A stretch of DNA of 60,874 nucleotides, the filler included, from Sphacelaria rigidula (Eukaryota), in the NCBI GenBank assembly GCA_964200075.2. It is 9 parts of 9 records of this genome, joined end to end, with 100 filler letters (N's around TTAATTAATTAA, not from the genome) between each part and the next. Parts side by side here need not be neighbours in the genome. Positions count along the whole stretch, not along the records: positions 1 to 6,676 come from CAXNAA020018696.1; positions 6,777 to 13,451 come from CAXNAA020018697.1; 7 more parts are not named here. The stretch is one strand, 5' to 3'. Shown here in pieces: positions 1 to 10,500 of the stretch; position 1 is the first letter of the stretch, and each line of letters opens with the position of its first letter. The position numbers and the translations under genes are program-made. The notes below the pieces were generated by a model. It saw only the letters and a program-made list of their open reading frames with translations, was not told the DNA's origin and searched no databases.

Positions 1-1799
1 ATCATAACAAGCGGCCCAAGTGTCAACTCTTTTGGAACCCACAGACGGTTTTTGTTTCCGTGAATCAGCATCATTTTCGGGTCGGAATGATGCCGAATCA
101 CGGAAAAAACAATCGTCAGTGAGTTCCAAAAGGGCCAAAAAGACGCGCTTGCATGTTTTCGCCTCAAGTGTTTACTTCTTGTCAGCGAAGCGTGGAGCAT
201 CGTCACTCCCTCTTGACGAACAGAAGTGCACGTTGCTTGGGTTGTTTCCGCCTTCTCCTGCACGCCTACGTTTGCGGTCTGTTTCGAACGTCGCCCGCTA
301 ACCCTTCGCATCCTACCCTCCCGACCGCAGTACTGTACCGTCTGTACTGGCTCAAGCTGACGGGGCGTTTCCACTCACTCGCTCGTCCGACAGCGAAGAC
401 CATGATGGGACAAGCCCCACAGCCTGATTTGCCGGTCGGGTGTGCCAAACAAAACTGAGCCGCACAGCACAGTCTGCAGACGTTGCGGGCTGGCACAGCC
501 ACTGTGCAGCACAGCACAGCGTTAGCTAACGGGACTCGTGCGCGTGCATGTTCGCACGGTCGAACGTAAAAGCCGTATACACTTGACCCGGATCGAAGGC
601 AAAAAGCCGTATACCTGACCCGAACCCCAACCCTACCCCTACCCCTACCCCTAACCCTAGGGCGTACACCAGACCATACGCAGAAGACGGTCGGTGTGAC
701 ATTGGTGTTCTCATGAAGTCAGCACAGCCGCATATGCACGAAGAAAGAGTGTGGAGCACAACTTGACACTGATAGCGAGTAACACGAACAACATGAGACA
801 AACGTGACGTGTATCCGGCTTGCATGGAAGTTCAGAGAAGAAGGAAGCGAGCATGCGATACAGCAGGACACGTTTTTCGGCCCACCTCCCACAGATAAGG
901 CTGAGTCGAGGTGAATTGAAATATTTTCGCGCAAACCGCGACCATGGCCGGGTGCTTAAAAATCGGCCCTCGGCAATAATTGAGGACCCATCTGAAATGA
1001 GGGCAAGGCCTATCACATTGGACATGTGCTGCTTCACCGTGCTGCAACACAAACATACTCGCGCTCTCTCTCATGTGCTGTAGCTGTCACTTTGCTGCGG
1101 TGTGTCCGGACCTTTGCGAAGACGGTTTGATCTCCGCTGGGACTGCCCAAGTTGCCTTACTGTCACTCACTGCCTTGGTCCTTACAGAAAATGAGCGAAA
1201 TTATGTTTTTCGGCACGCAGTGCTGTATACAGACTACTGTCGGTGTTTGCTATTTCGTCTCATGTCAAACCAATAAGCCGCTTTCCACATCCATCATTTT
1301 TATGTTGTAGTCAGTCGTCGCTGTACTGTTGTGCATTCAAGCTCTCTACAGTACGACGAACATGGTGTCATGTGCGCTGGAGAGGGTCTGAACAGTTGTA
1401 CTGCTGCACACGCAAAGTTGAAACGAATACGTGACGACTGTCTGCGCAGCTAGTCTTTGGAAGTTCAGTTGTAGTCGGGTGCTGTGATCTGAAAAGACAC
1501 GCGAGGCGGACGCGTGCAGGTTGGGGCAATCAAACTGAGTCAGCACGGAGCTGCTGTATTATCAATAAAGTCATTTGATAAAGATGTAATCTTTCCAAAC
1601 TACGTCATGAGATAAAGAACGCAGGCTTGTTAGATGTCAGCCACTCTCCTCACTTTCGATTTTATCCCCTGTTTTCCACAGGAAAACAGAGATAAAACAG
1701 TGATCTATTGAGACACGTTCCATCGTCAGTCTCCGCGCCCCTGTCTTCGACCAGGGGCTTTCAGCGTCCGCACCTCTCCGGGCTCACGTATTTTCCACT

Positions 1800-2452
1800 A
1801 TGAGTCTCCAGAAACTCGAAATGAATTTGGCGCGGTCCCTCGCCGACATCGACGAAGTGCTCTCCATCGTTACCCATGAGATTGATGGGGTCAAGATCTG
1901 GCGGGTGGATCGCGTGGTTCTTGAGCACGGCCCCCGCGACGTCGCCTCCATGGACGTCGACCACCTATTCGGGCCGTTTAGCCAGCTCCTAGAGGCGGGC
2001 ACTGCACCCGACTCACCGAAACTGTTTTCCCTTGGGGTGGCAACCCAAGGCGGCGGCGGGACCGCCGCCGAGATAGCGCTTCGACAGAAGCAAGTGCTCT
2101 GTCAAGCGCTGATCGAATACCTCTGGCGCTGCCCCCAGCACGGAAATTCGAGAATTTCGGGCAATTTCGTTGTCCTACCTTGTGCCGGGATGCCAGCCGC
2201 CCCCGGAGCATCTATTGCCGCGGGCGCAGTGGCCAACACCAGCAACCCTGCGAACCAATAGAGCAACGTTGGTACTGAGACCGCGTCTGGCCATAAACGC
2301 ACTTTCGACGACTTGCACGAGACCATCGAATCCATGGAGGAGCGCAAGAGCCTCGCCAACAACCTCAGTCCTCAGGCGGGCGTCACCACAAATTCGACCT
2401 CGAGGCGCCCTTTAACCCTCGTATCCAATACGGACAAGGTGAGTCCCATGTA
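1800..2452 (+). pseudogene. ORF1 (gag-position) 5' part of the Ngaro-like element, with a premature TAG at 2259-2261
   Basis: 153-aa ORF MSLQKLEMNL...; the same frame reads on ~60 codons past the TAG (SNVGTETASGHKRTFDDLHETIESMEERK...). Gag identity is inferred from position after A1 only. Confidence 0.55.
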
Positions 2453-2459
2453 GGTGTAT

Positions 2460-2678
2460 TGTTTTCGGGCAGGGCGACCCACCGCGCAAAAGGCGTACTG
2501 GAAAGATGCAAGAACAGCGTAGCGGTATATGCGTTTGATGGAAGTGGTCGCCCCGGGATGAGAAGGCACGGGTATGGTCACGGGTCTTACTGAGTAGCAA
2601 TACAGAGAGCTTAACGAGTTTTCTCTTAGTGAAGAGAGTCGTTCATGGGCAGCTTTTAGTGGAAGGCCTCTACTTTGA
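2460..2678 (+). pseudogene. Tyrosine recombinase C-terminal remnant (catalytic RY motif)
   Basis: Translation TAQKAYWKDARTA*RYMRLMEVVAPG*EGTGMVTGLTE*QYRELNEFSLSEESRSWAAFSGRPLL*. The W-x6-RY pattern fits the YR catalytic Tyr region. It has three in-frame stops and lies just before B1, as expected for the last ORF. Confidence 0.7.
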
Positions 2679-4064
2679 TTTCATGTAATAAGTGTTTCGC
2701 TCATTAAACAACACCAGGCTCGACATGTTCATGTCCAATAATACAGAATGGGGTATATGAAGCCCTCCAAATGACTTCGGTCAGCGAGAGAGCTTCTGGA
2801 GTAAGGGAAGGAGTGGACACACCGACTGTGGAAGGTGATACCACTGTTTTGACTCTCTACTGTCCGAGGAGAAGAATGGATTCGAAAATACTGGCGTATT
2901 ATCAATAAAGTCATTTGATAAAGATGTACTCTTTCCAAACTACGTCATGAGATAAAACAGGCAGTTTTGTGAGATGTCAGCCACTCTCCTCACTTTCAAT
3001 TTCATCCTCTGTTTTTCACAGGAAAACAGAGATGAAACAGTGATTTGTTGAGACACCACCCACCCACCCGGCAGAATATTTTTCAGTCCAATCATTACTC
3101 CAAATATATTACAGTCGAGAATATTTAGAAGAAAGTGAGTGTTGCTTAACCGCTCATTACCAGTTCAAGTAACACTCATTCATTTTCCTATTCACGACGA
3201 GTGGGTACACCGACCTCCGTGGAAGGTGATACCACTGTTTCGATCCCATACTGTCTGAGGAGAAGAATGGACTCGAAAATACTGACGTATCCCAAAGCGG
3301 TTGATGGTAGCAGCTGTCTGCCTTCATGTCTCATGTGATAGTTCTTTCCCTTATTTCAGACGGGTCCTCCTTTTTCGACGAGTGCCGATTTTTAAGCGTT
3401 CGGCGATGATCGCGCTTCGCGCAAAAATCTTGTTACTCACCTCGAGTCACCCCTATCTGTGGGAGGTGCAGGGTGAGCTTGATTTTCAGACGGTCGTACA
3501 GAGGTTTATCACTACTTTCCGAAACCTTTGGACAGTGTTACCCAAGGTCGGCCTCCCGAGCAGTGCGTGCCCCATTGTGCTGGACAGTGTTGGAGAGTTG
3601 GTAGGTGCATAGCGAGTGACGATTGAAGCTATGCCGAGAGCAGAAAGCGGCGCGGATCTGCTGTAATCGCCTCCACAAGCCGGCGAAGGAAAGCATATCA
3701 ATAGGGTCATGGCATGGCGCACCCTCGACAGTACAGTAGATTACATGAATAGAAGTCTACTGCGGACAGTGCAGGAGCGGAAAGACTGTTTCTCAGGTGC
3801 CCGGTACACTTTGTTTTCCCGGTGTGGGCTGTTTGTTGGCCGGGGTGTCTCGTTTTTCAATGCTGTGACCTCGGGAATTGCTTAAGTCTCAGAGTTAGTC
3901 AGCAAACCTGATATGTAGTCGCATGTTTCTGTAAATGCTTTGGGGATCCAAAATTCATCAATCACCGCTGTGTTGACACACTGCGGTTTTACGTTGTTTG
4001 TGCTAATCGCTGTTATGTACAGTCAGTACTGTCTGTTGGCTGTGCTCCAGTCAGCTAATTATCG

Positions 4065-4590
4065 GCTTACCTCCCACAGATCGGGATAACCCAAAGTGAA
4101 CATAAATTATTTTCGCGCGAAGCACCAATATGGCCCATCCGAAATCAGGGGAACACCTATCGCATGGGACATGTCCTGTATCACTGTGCTGCAGCACAAA
4201 CACACTCATGCGCTGTCTCTTGTGCTGCAGCTGTAGCTGCGCTGTGGTGTCTGCAGTCCTTTTTGAAGACGGTTTGGCCTCTGCTTGGACTGACTGCCTG
4301 AGGAGCTTTATTACTGTCATGGCGCTTGCCTCTTCGAAAAATAGTGCTGTCGGTACACAGTGCTCTCTACACTCTGTTGAAACCTTCATGGCGTGTGAGC
4401 TATTTCGTCTCGAGTCAAACGAACAAGGCGCTTTCCAAACCCATCATTTGCGTGCTGCAGTTGTCGCTGTGCTGTTGAGCATGTAAACACTCTACGACGA
4501 TCACGGTGCGATGTGCGCTGGAGAGTGCCTGAACACTCGAAGTGCTGCATGCTGTGTTTTGGTCTGCAAAAAAATGGGGTAGGATCTAAG
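4065..4590 (+). mobile_element. Partial copy of repeat family A
   Basis: Starts ACCTCCCACAGATCGGG and is collinear with 29722-30290. Confidence 0.75.
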
Positions 4591-6520
4591 TACGGTATTT
4601 ATCGCCCTTTGAAGGAATCATACTTCGTTGGGGACTGAACACGGATAGTCATACACTTTACATCACGATCTGCTGTCTGTTACCTCGAGTTTACCTGAAT
4701 GCTCCGCAGATATAGAGAAAATACTACAGGAGAAACCCTCACGAATTTACATCCACCCGCGCTCGAGCACGAACAAAGGGAGTATATATCAGATTCTTGT
4801 AGGTTACGGTGTATCTTCGCTTGACTCAGCGGCAACGAACAGTGAGCGTGCATTGTTTTGCACGGAACACAGTCTACTGCACGCTACTGGTGTCTCTGCT
4901 TAGTGTTCCACAACAACACTACAGTGTGAAGCTATGTTGGCAACACAAGAGGGGTCAGGTGCCCATGTGATTCATGACTTGTGCAAACTTGTGATCAAAA
5001 TGAGTCTCCTACTGTAGCCTTCAACAACTTCTGTGCAAACCGGATGCACGTCACGCCAATCGCCGTCTGTGTCAAGTTGTGCCCAACATACTATTTCTTT
5101 GTGCATATGTTGCAGTGCTGGCTTCGAGAAATCCACTCCCACACCATCACCCGTTCATCCGCCATGTTCTGGGCGTGTGCTTTGGTGTTTGCGCAAGCAG
5201 CGAGGTGGCTGGTGTGGTGTGTGTTGTCGGGAGGACGGTTACAAGTTACACGTCACGCCTGCTGGCCAATAGCGTCTCGTAATAAACGTCTAAACCGGGC
5301 GAAATGCAACCATCGGACTTTGGGCTGACTTTGGACTTCGGGGGAATTCCAAAGTCCAAGACCTGACCCGAATTTGGTCTTCGCAAACACCGTATTGAAG
5401 ACGTCATGGACTGTTCGGACCTGTGCCGAATCTGTGCCGAACCTGCGTCGAGCAGAACACACGCTTTATTCCAAGTTACCTAGGTTTAGTATGTGACAGC
5501 TGTAATGTTTTCATCGCGCAGCTCTCGAGACCGGAAGCAAACCGGCCTGTGGCACTACGCAGAACCCCGCACACACACTAGAGACCTATTCAGTGTGGCG
5601 GCGGAGTTTCTCACTTCGCCACAGCGGATCCGGAAAGCCCCAGAACGTTGCAGGAAACGCGTTTCCAGTACATTTTGTGGTTGGTTTCGTGTTTGGTGCA
5701 GCGGTTTGCAAAGTGCTGCGGCCTCCGCGGAACGCGTTACGGAAACTTGCTTGCAACACTTGATAGAGGTATCTCAAACCCGGCGATCCTGGATCATCGA
5801 ACGAATAGTTCAGGATGTCCTGGATTACGAGGTTGAGATAACTCAATGGAGATCCCGAAACGACATCGACGATTCTCCAACTGAATTTTTGAGGAAAATC
5901 CCTCCCGGTAGTTGAGGGCTGTTTACCAGATGGTCGGCAACAGCCCTCGGCATAATTGTTCAACCATATGATTATGAAACTCATAGTTGACCGTCTTTTC
6001 GGATCTTCTCATCGGTACTATCGGCAACAGGCCGATCACGGCCGACGTATATCTGCCTGTACAGGGAGGTTATCAGAACCTGCCTCAGAACCTGCCTGTA
6101 CCATAGAACCAGTTCCACACCACGTTTAAGCAAACCCGCCAGTCCAAAAACAAACACATTTTTGAATTCACTCACCACCCTCAAGATAGACGAAGCATCA
6201 TAATGCGAACAGACCACGACATGCACACGCACACACAGTACTACAAGCCACACACACACACAAACACACACACACAGACGAACCTCACCAGCAGCCCTTC
6301 AACTCATCGTACACCCTTGGCAGGCAGGCAATCCACCTGCTGCTTTTGTAGGTACAGATGGGTTGTTTTTGATAAATACCCCTCAGACAGTCAGTACAGA
6401 AGTATTATACTGCCGTAAACATTGTTCGCAATACAGACTAGAACGCATGCGGTGGATACTGTACTGTAATGTATTGCGATGACTCCAGCGTGCATTGTTC
6501 ACAAAGCCCTAAAACAAAAA

Positions 6521-6676
6521 ACTTTACGGTCTACGCAGATGCAGGATCAAATAACTCGCACTGCTCTTCTTTTTGTATCTATTACCATCGCTGCACCCGG
6601 GTGGTCGAAGTGTCATTGATACAGAAAGAAGAGCAGTGCGAGTTATTTGATCCTGCATCTGCGTAGACCGTAAAGT
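6521..6676. repeat. Near-perfect inverted repeat (~59-bp arms); MITE or hairpin-RNA locus, reaching the contig end
   Basis: ACTTTACGGTCTACGCAGATGCAGGATCAAATAACTCGCACTGCTCTTCTTT at 6521 pairs with ...AAAGAAGAGCAGTGCGAGTTATTTGATCCTGCATCTGCGTAGACCGTAAAGT ending at 6676. Confidence 0.9.
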
Positions 6677-6776
6677 NNNNNNNNNNNNNNNNNNNNNNNN
6701 NNNNNNNNNNNNNNNNNNNNTTAATTAATTAANNNNNNNNNNNNNNNNNNNNNNNNNNNNNNNNNNNNNNNNNNNN
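6677..6776. other. Artificial contig spacer (N44-TTAATTAATTAA-N44). Same spacer at 13452-13551, 20227-20326, 27002-27101, 33777-33876, 40552-40651, 47327-47426 and 54101-54200
   Basis: Identical 100-nt spacer with stops in all six frames. The intervening contigs are 6676, 6675 (x6) and 6674 (x2) bp, i.e. sorted by length. Confidence 0.98.
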
Positions 6777-7404
6777 AAAAATCGCGAAAAAACGTGGAAA
6801 AAGCGTGAAAATCGCAAAAAAAAAAAAATAGTGAGGTTGGATACCTCCGTGACATGAACCTACGCACGCCCCATGAAACATATTTTCAGCATGTAATCGC
6901 TCGTGTTTCACGTGAAAACGTCCAAAATTGGTCAATATTTGGGTATACGTGGACCAAAAGTGGGCCAAAATGGGCGTATTTTGACGTCATTTTAGTATGG
7001 ACCACTAACTTTTTTTTTTTTTTTGCATCAGCTTCGTTGGCGCTTCATCTTTCCTGCGAACCCAACGATGGGATGATCGGAAGAGTTTGAATGCACAAAC
7101 GAATGAAAAAAAGCCCATAACGGACGTTACTTAAGGGACAGAGGAAGTACAGTATTTCGTCACACTGCTGTACTGTCCTTCGGTTCTGCTTTTTGGCGTC
7201 GCGATTATAGACGCTGTCGTGTGTGAATGTGTGTATGTGTGTGCGTTTTCGTGTACTCACTTTTTGTTTCCTGTACATGTGTAACACCGTACTGTATGTA
7301 CTGTACTGCCGTGCTGTGCTGTGGACACAAGTGTCGTGTTTTTGTCTGTTTTCGTGTCAGCTTTTTTTTCTCGCGTCTTTTGGATCCTTCACGATCATCT
7401 CATT

Positions 7405-7495
7405 TTGTTGTTGTTGCTGTTACCGTTGCTGCTGCTGCTGCTGCTGCTGCTGTTGTTGTCGTTGCTGTTGCTGTTGCTGTGTTCTTGTTTCATGA

Positions 7496-7570
<75 letters not shown>
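7405..7570. repeat. Compound microsatellite (TGY)n followed by (GCTT)n
   Basis: Directly visible; intronic, just upstream of an exon acceptor. Confidence 0.95.
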
Positions 7571-7586
7571 CTTTTCTATTAAATAG

Positions 7587-10500
7587 TTGGGGCGCAGACA
7601 CCTCTGCCGTGGATGACAGAGGGCGGATTCCAAAACGCCTCGCGTCTAAAAAGGAAATCAGCAACCTGCTGGCCGCGAAGGAAACGGAATCAAAGGTACG
7701 CGTGATTTGCACTCTTGTACAGTTTGTTGCACTTCACTCTACTGTACTACATTCTCCCAGCCCACTATTAATGCAAAGAAGCAACACTATGTTGAGGTAA
7801 GTTTTCAAACCATATTCTTAAAACCTCACTTGAAAAAAAAAATCGCGCCGGAAATATATTGTAAATATCCTTTACGCGACATATAGGTGTTGAATATACG
7901 GCCCAATGCCTCAGACCGACTTTTTCTTGGGTAGTATTCCTTCATTTGACCCGCAACGTTCCGCCTGGGGTTCTTATGAGGGTGTGGATCCTTAACTGTA
8001 TGTATGCCGCACAGCGTTGTTCGAAGCACAGCATAACCACGCGCTCAATTGTCTGACTAGTCATCGAACGATGATTTACTGCCATCAAAGACATGATCAT
8101 ACGGTACGGTACAGTACGGCGCTGTTTCGTAGTGTATGGTACGAAACACAACCGTGAACAAAGGCCTAGCTTAGGGGGGGGGGGGGGGGTTATCGACAGT
8201 GTTCACTCTACGCTGCCCTAATTTACGCACCACAAGGTGAGGCAAGTGTCGTGCGTAATGACGGAACACGTCTCTTCATGCTTGACGACAACAGCAGCGG
8301 ACCAGCCACGAGTACTGCATATTTTGCTGTCTTTTTGCCTTCATCCGTGTACTGTAGTAGGTATGTATTGATAGTGCAACCCAAAATGAGCCACGCTACG
8401 TTTAGTACCTTGCACCATTTCCATATCTTTTCCTCTGTCAAGGGGTGTTTTTTGCTTGGTGGATACTTGGTTGCTATTTGTGACAGCGAAAGCGCTTGGT
8501 TGTTTCGACTTGTAAAAAAATGCAAAGAGGGAGAAAAAAAAGTGTTGAAGCCGAACACGCTTACATTATCTTGAATCTTGTCACGTACGTATGTGACACA
8601 CACACACACACACACACACACACCTCCCGCCACCTTTCCAACACGCATTTGTTGGAATGACGCATTAAGATAGTGGAAGTGTTCCCGAAGCAAAGCAGAT
8701 GATTATCTGCACTGGGGGCTGAGTGTTTTCATTTTTACCAAGAGCCGAGTGTGAGGGTTGCTTTTGCTACCCACCGTTTTTTTGCTCATGTATATTTCTG
8801 TGACTTTTGGCATTTCGTCTTCTTCGTCTGGAGGGAGTTTTGTTCAGAGTTTGCCTCGTTTGTACTTTTGACGGAAAAATCTGTGTATATATTTTCATGT
8901 TAACTTCTTCAATCTCAAAGTCGTCTTGCAACGCACGTTTGCGTTTTTGTTTTTTTTCTCTCTCTAACTCGTGTGTGAGGTCCCCGCGTCGCGATGTGCT
9001 TGACTTGTGTTTGGATGCGCTACTGAACTATGATACAATTATATCGGAATATCGTCTGCTATCATTATACTACCATTACCATTACGTTGCCATGCGCGAT
9101 CGCCACGTCCCGTCCCGTCCCCCCGTCCCCCCCCATTTGTTCGTGGGGGTTTTGTGCCATGTGCTACTTGTCACAACGCGCTTGCGGGGTAAGTGTTGGG
9201 TCAGGTTTCCTGCTTCCGTAAAAAAAAAAAAAAACTATGACAATGTTTCGACAATTTGTGTGTGTGTCTTCGTTGTTATGTATGTTTATAGCTCGGGGTT
9301 GATGTCATCGAGGCGGTGGAGCGCAACGATGTAGCAGGCGTGAAGAGCTTCATCGCTGCCAAGGGTGACCTCAACCAGACAGGGAAGAACGACATGACGC
9401 CCCTGCACGTCGCCTCCTTCAACGGGCTAACCGACATCGTTGGGTGAGAAAGTACGGAACATTCAGGGATAGCACGGGGTGAGGGTGAAGTGTGGGAGAA
9501 GAAGGTGGGCAGAAAGACAACATATGATGCACATATAGGTAAGAGATGAGACATGAGACGGAATAATGGAGATGAGAACGGGAGGAGCACAGAGCACCCG
9601 TAGCGGGCCGAGTCAGGCAGGCGGTCAAGCGTGAGGATGGACGGGTCCGAGGCATGTAGTATACGTACAGCGAGTTTTTTTTATTTTGTTGAGTCAGGGA
9701 GACGTGTACTCGTAACTGACGGTTGAAATGGGGCCTTGAAAGCTTGGACAAAAGAAAAGATCTCACCCTTTTTTTCGCGTTTTGCACAACAGGGAGAATG
9801 ACTAGGTTGAATTCACGCCGGGTTGGCCCTGTTCCCCTCCCCAACCGTTCCTGGAAAGGGTTTCGTAACCTTTTTCTTTGAGCGAATTGGGAATTTTTTT
9901 CTTGAGCAGCGGGCGGCTGCAGCCGGGAAGGGCGAACAGACAGACGCCTCCGCAGACGCGAGGCGGCAGGAGGGAGGGCGGGTCTGGTTTTATCGCAGAG
10001 TGGTATATCGTTGACCCCTGGTGCGATTGTTTGCATTCTGTGCTGCTTTTGTTTCAAACTTGGACGATGCAGCCATCACGTGCATCAAGCACAAGCACAG
10101 GCTTCTCGTACAAGCCCTGTAGTACCCTGACTTCGATGGCCCCCTCCCTTCCCCACGAGACAGGGGTATGGATCATGACTATGGTTTGTTACCCTACTTT
10201 CCCGCAACACTTGCGCGTGCCACAGTAAACACCCGTGTGCGCTTTTTTCTATCTTTCAGTAGTCCAGAGCTTGCGCTAGCACAAGCAATAGCTGGAACAT
10301 GGTCACCTGAGGATGTTGTCCAAGGAGTGGAATACTACCTAATGATCGTATACGCCCTCGATCATTTTGTGTGGTATCCTATGCTCACACCCACCTGCGC
10401 GCCCGGAAATTTGTGTGTCTACGTGTCTGTGTGTATCAGGTTGCTTCTTGATGGGGGTGCCGATCCCAACGCCACCGACGAGGACAGGGACACTCCTTTG

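Larger units (their letters stand above)
1556..3290 (+). mobile_element. Internally deleted Ngaro/PAT-like tyrosine-recombinase (DIRS order) retrotransposon with split direct repeats
   Basis: A1 1556-1716 matches A2 2896-3056 (161 bp each). B1 2811-2899 matches B2 3199-3290. The order is A1-coding-B1-A2-spacer-B2. GTAT occurs at the left end, the right end and the B1/A2 junction. It contains a gag-position ORF and a YR C-terminal remnant. Confidence 0.85.
883..3468. mobile_element. Non-autonomous DNA transposon (repeat family A) with ~145-bp imperfect TIRs, interrupted by the Ngaro-type element
   Basis: 883-~1025 (CACCTCCCACAGATAAGG...) is the reverse complement of ~3325-3468 (...CTATCTGTGGGAGGTG). 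The body matches other copies at ~4065-4590, ~24350-25890 and ~29722-30660. Confidence 0.75.

Noticed and set aside
617..660. True telomere
   Set aside because: Short, degenerate and internal to the contig; similar tracts occur inside MITEs.
6721..6732. TTAATTAATTAA as a biological motif or piggyBac site
   Set aside because: It is a synthetic six-frame stop linker embedded in Ns.
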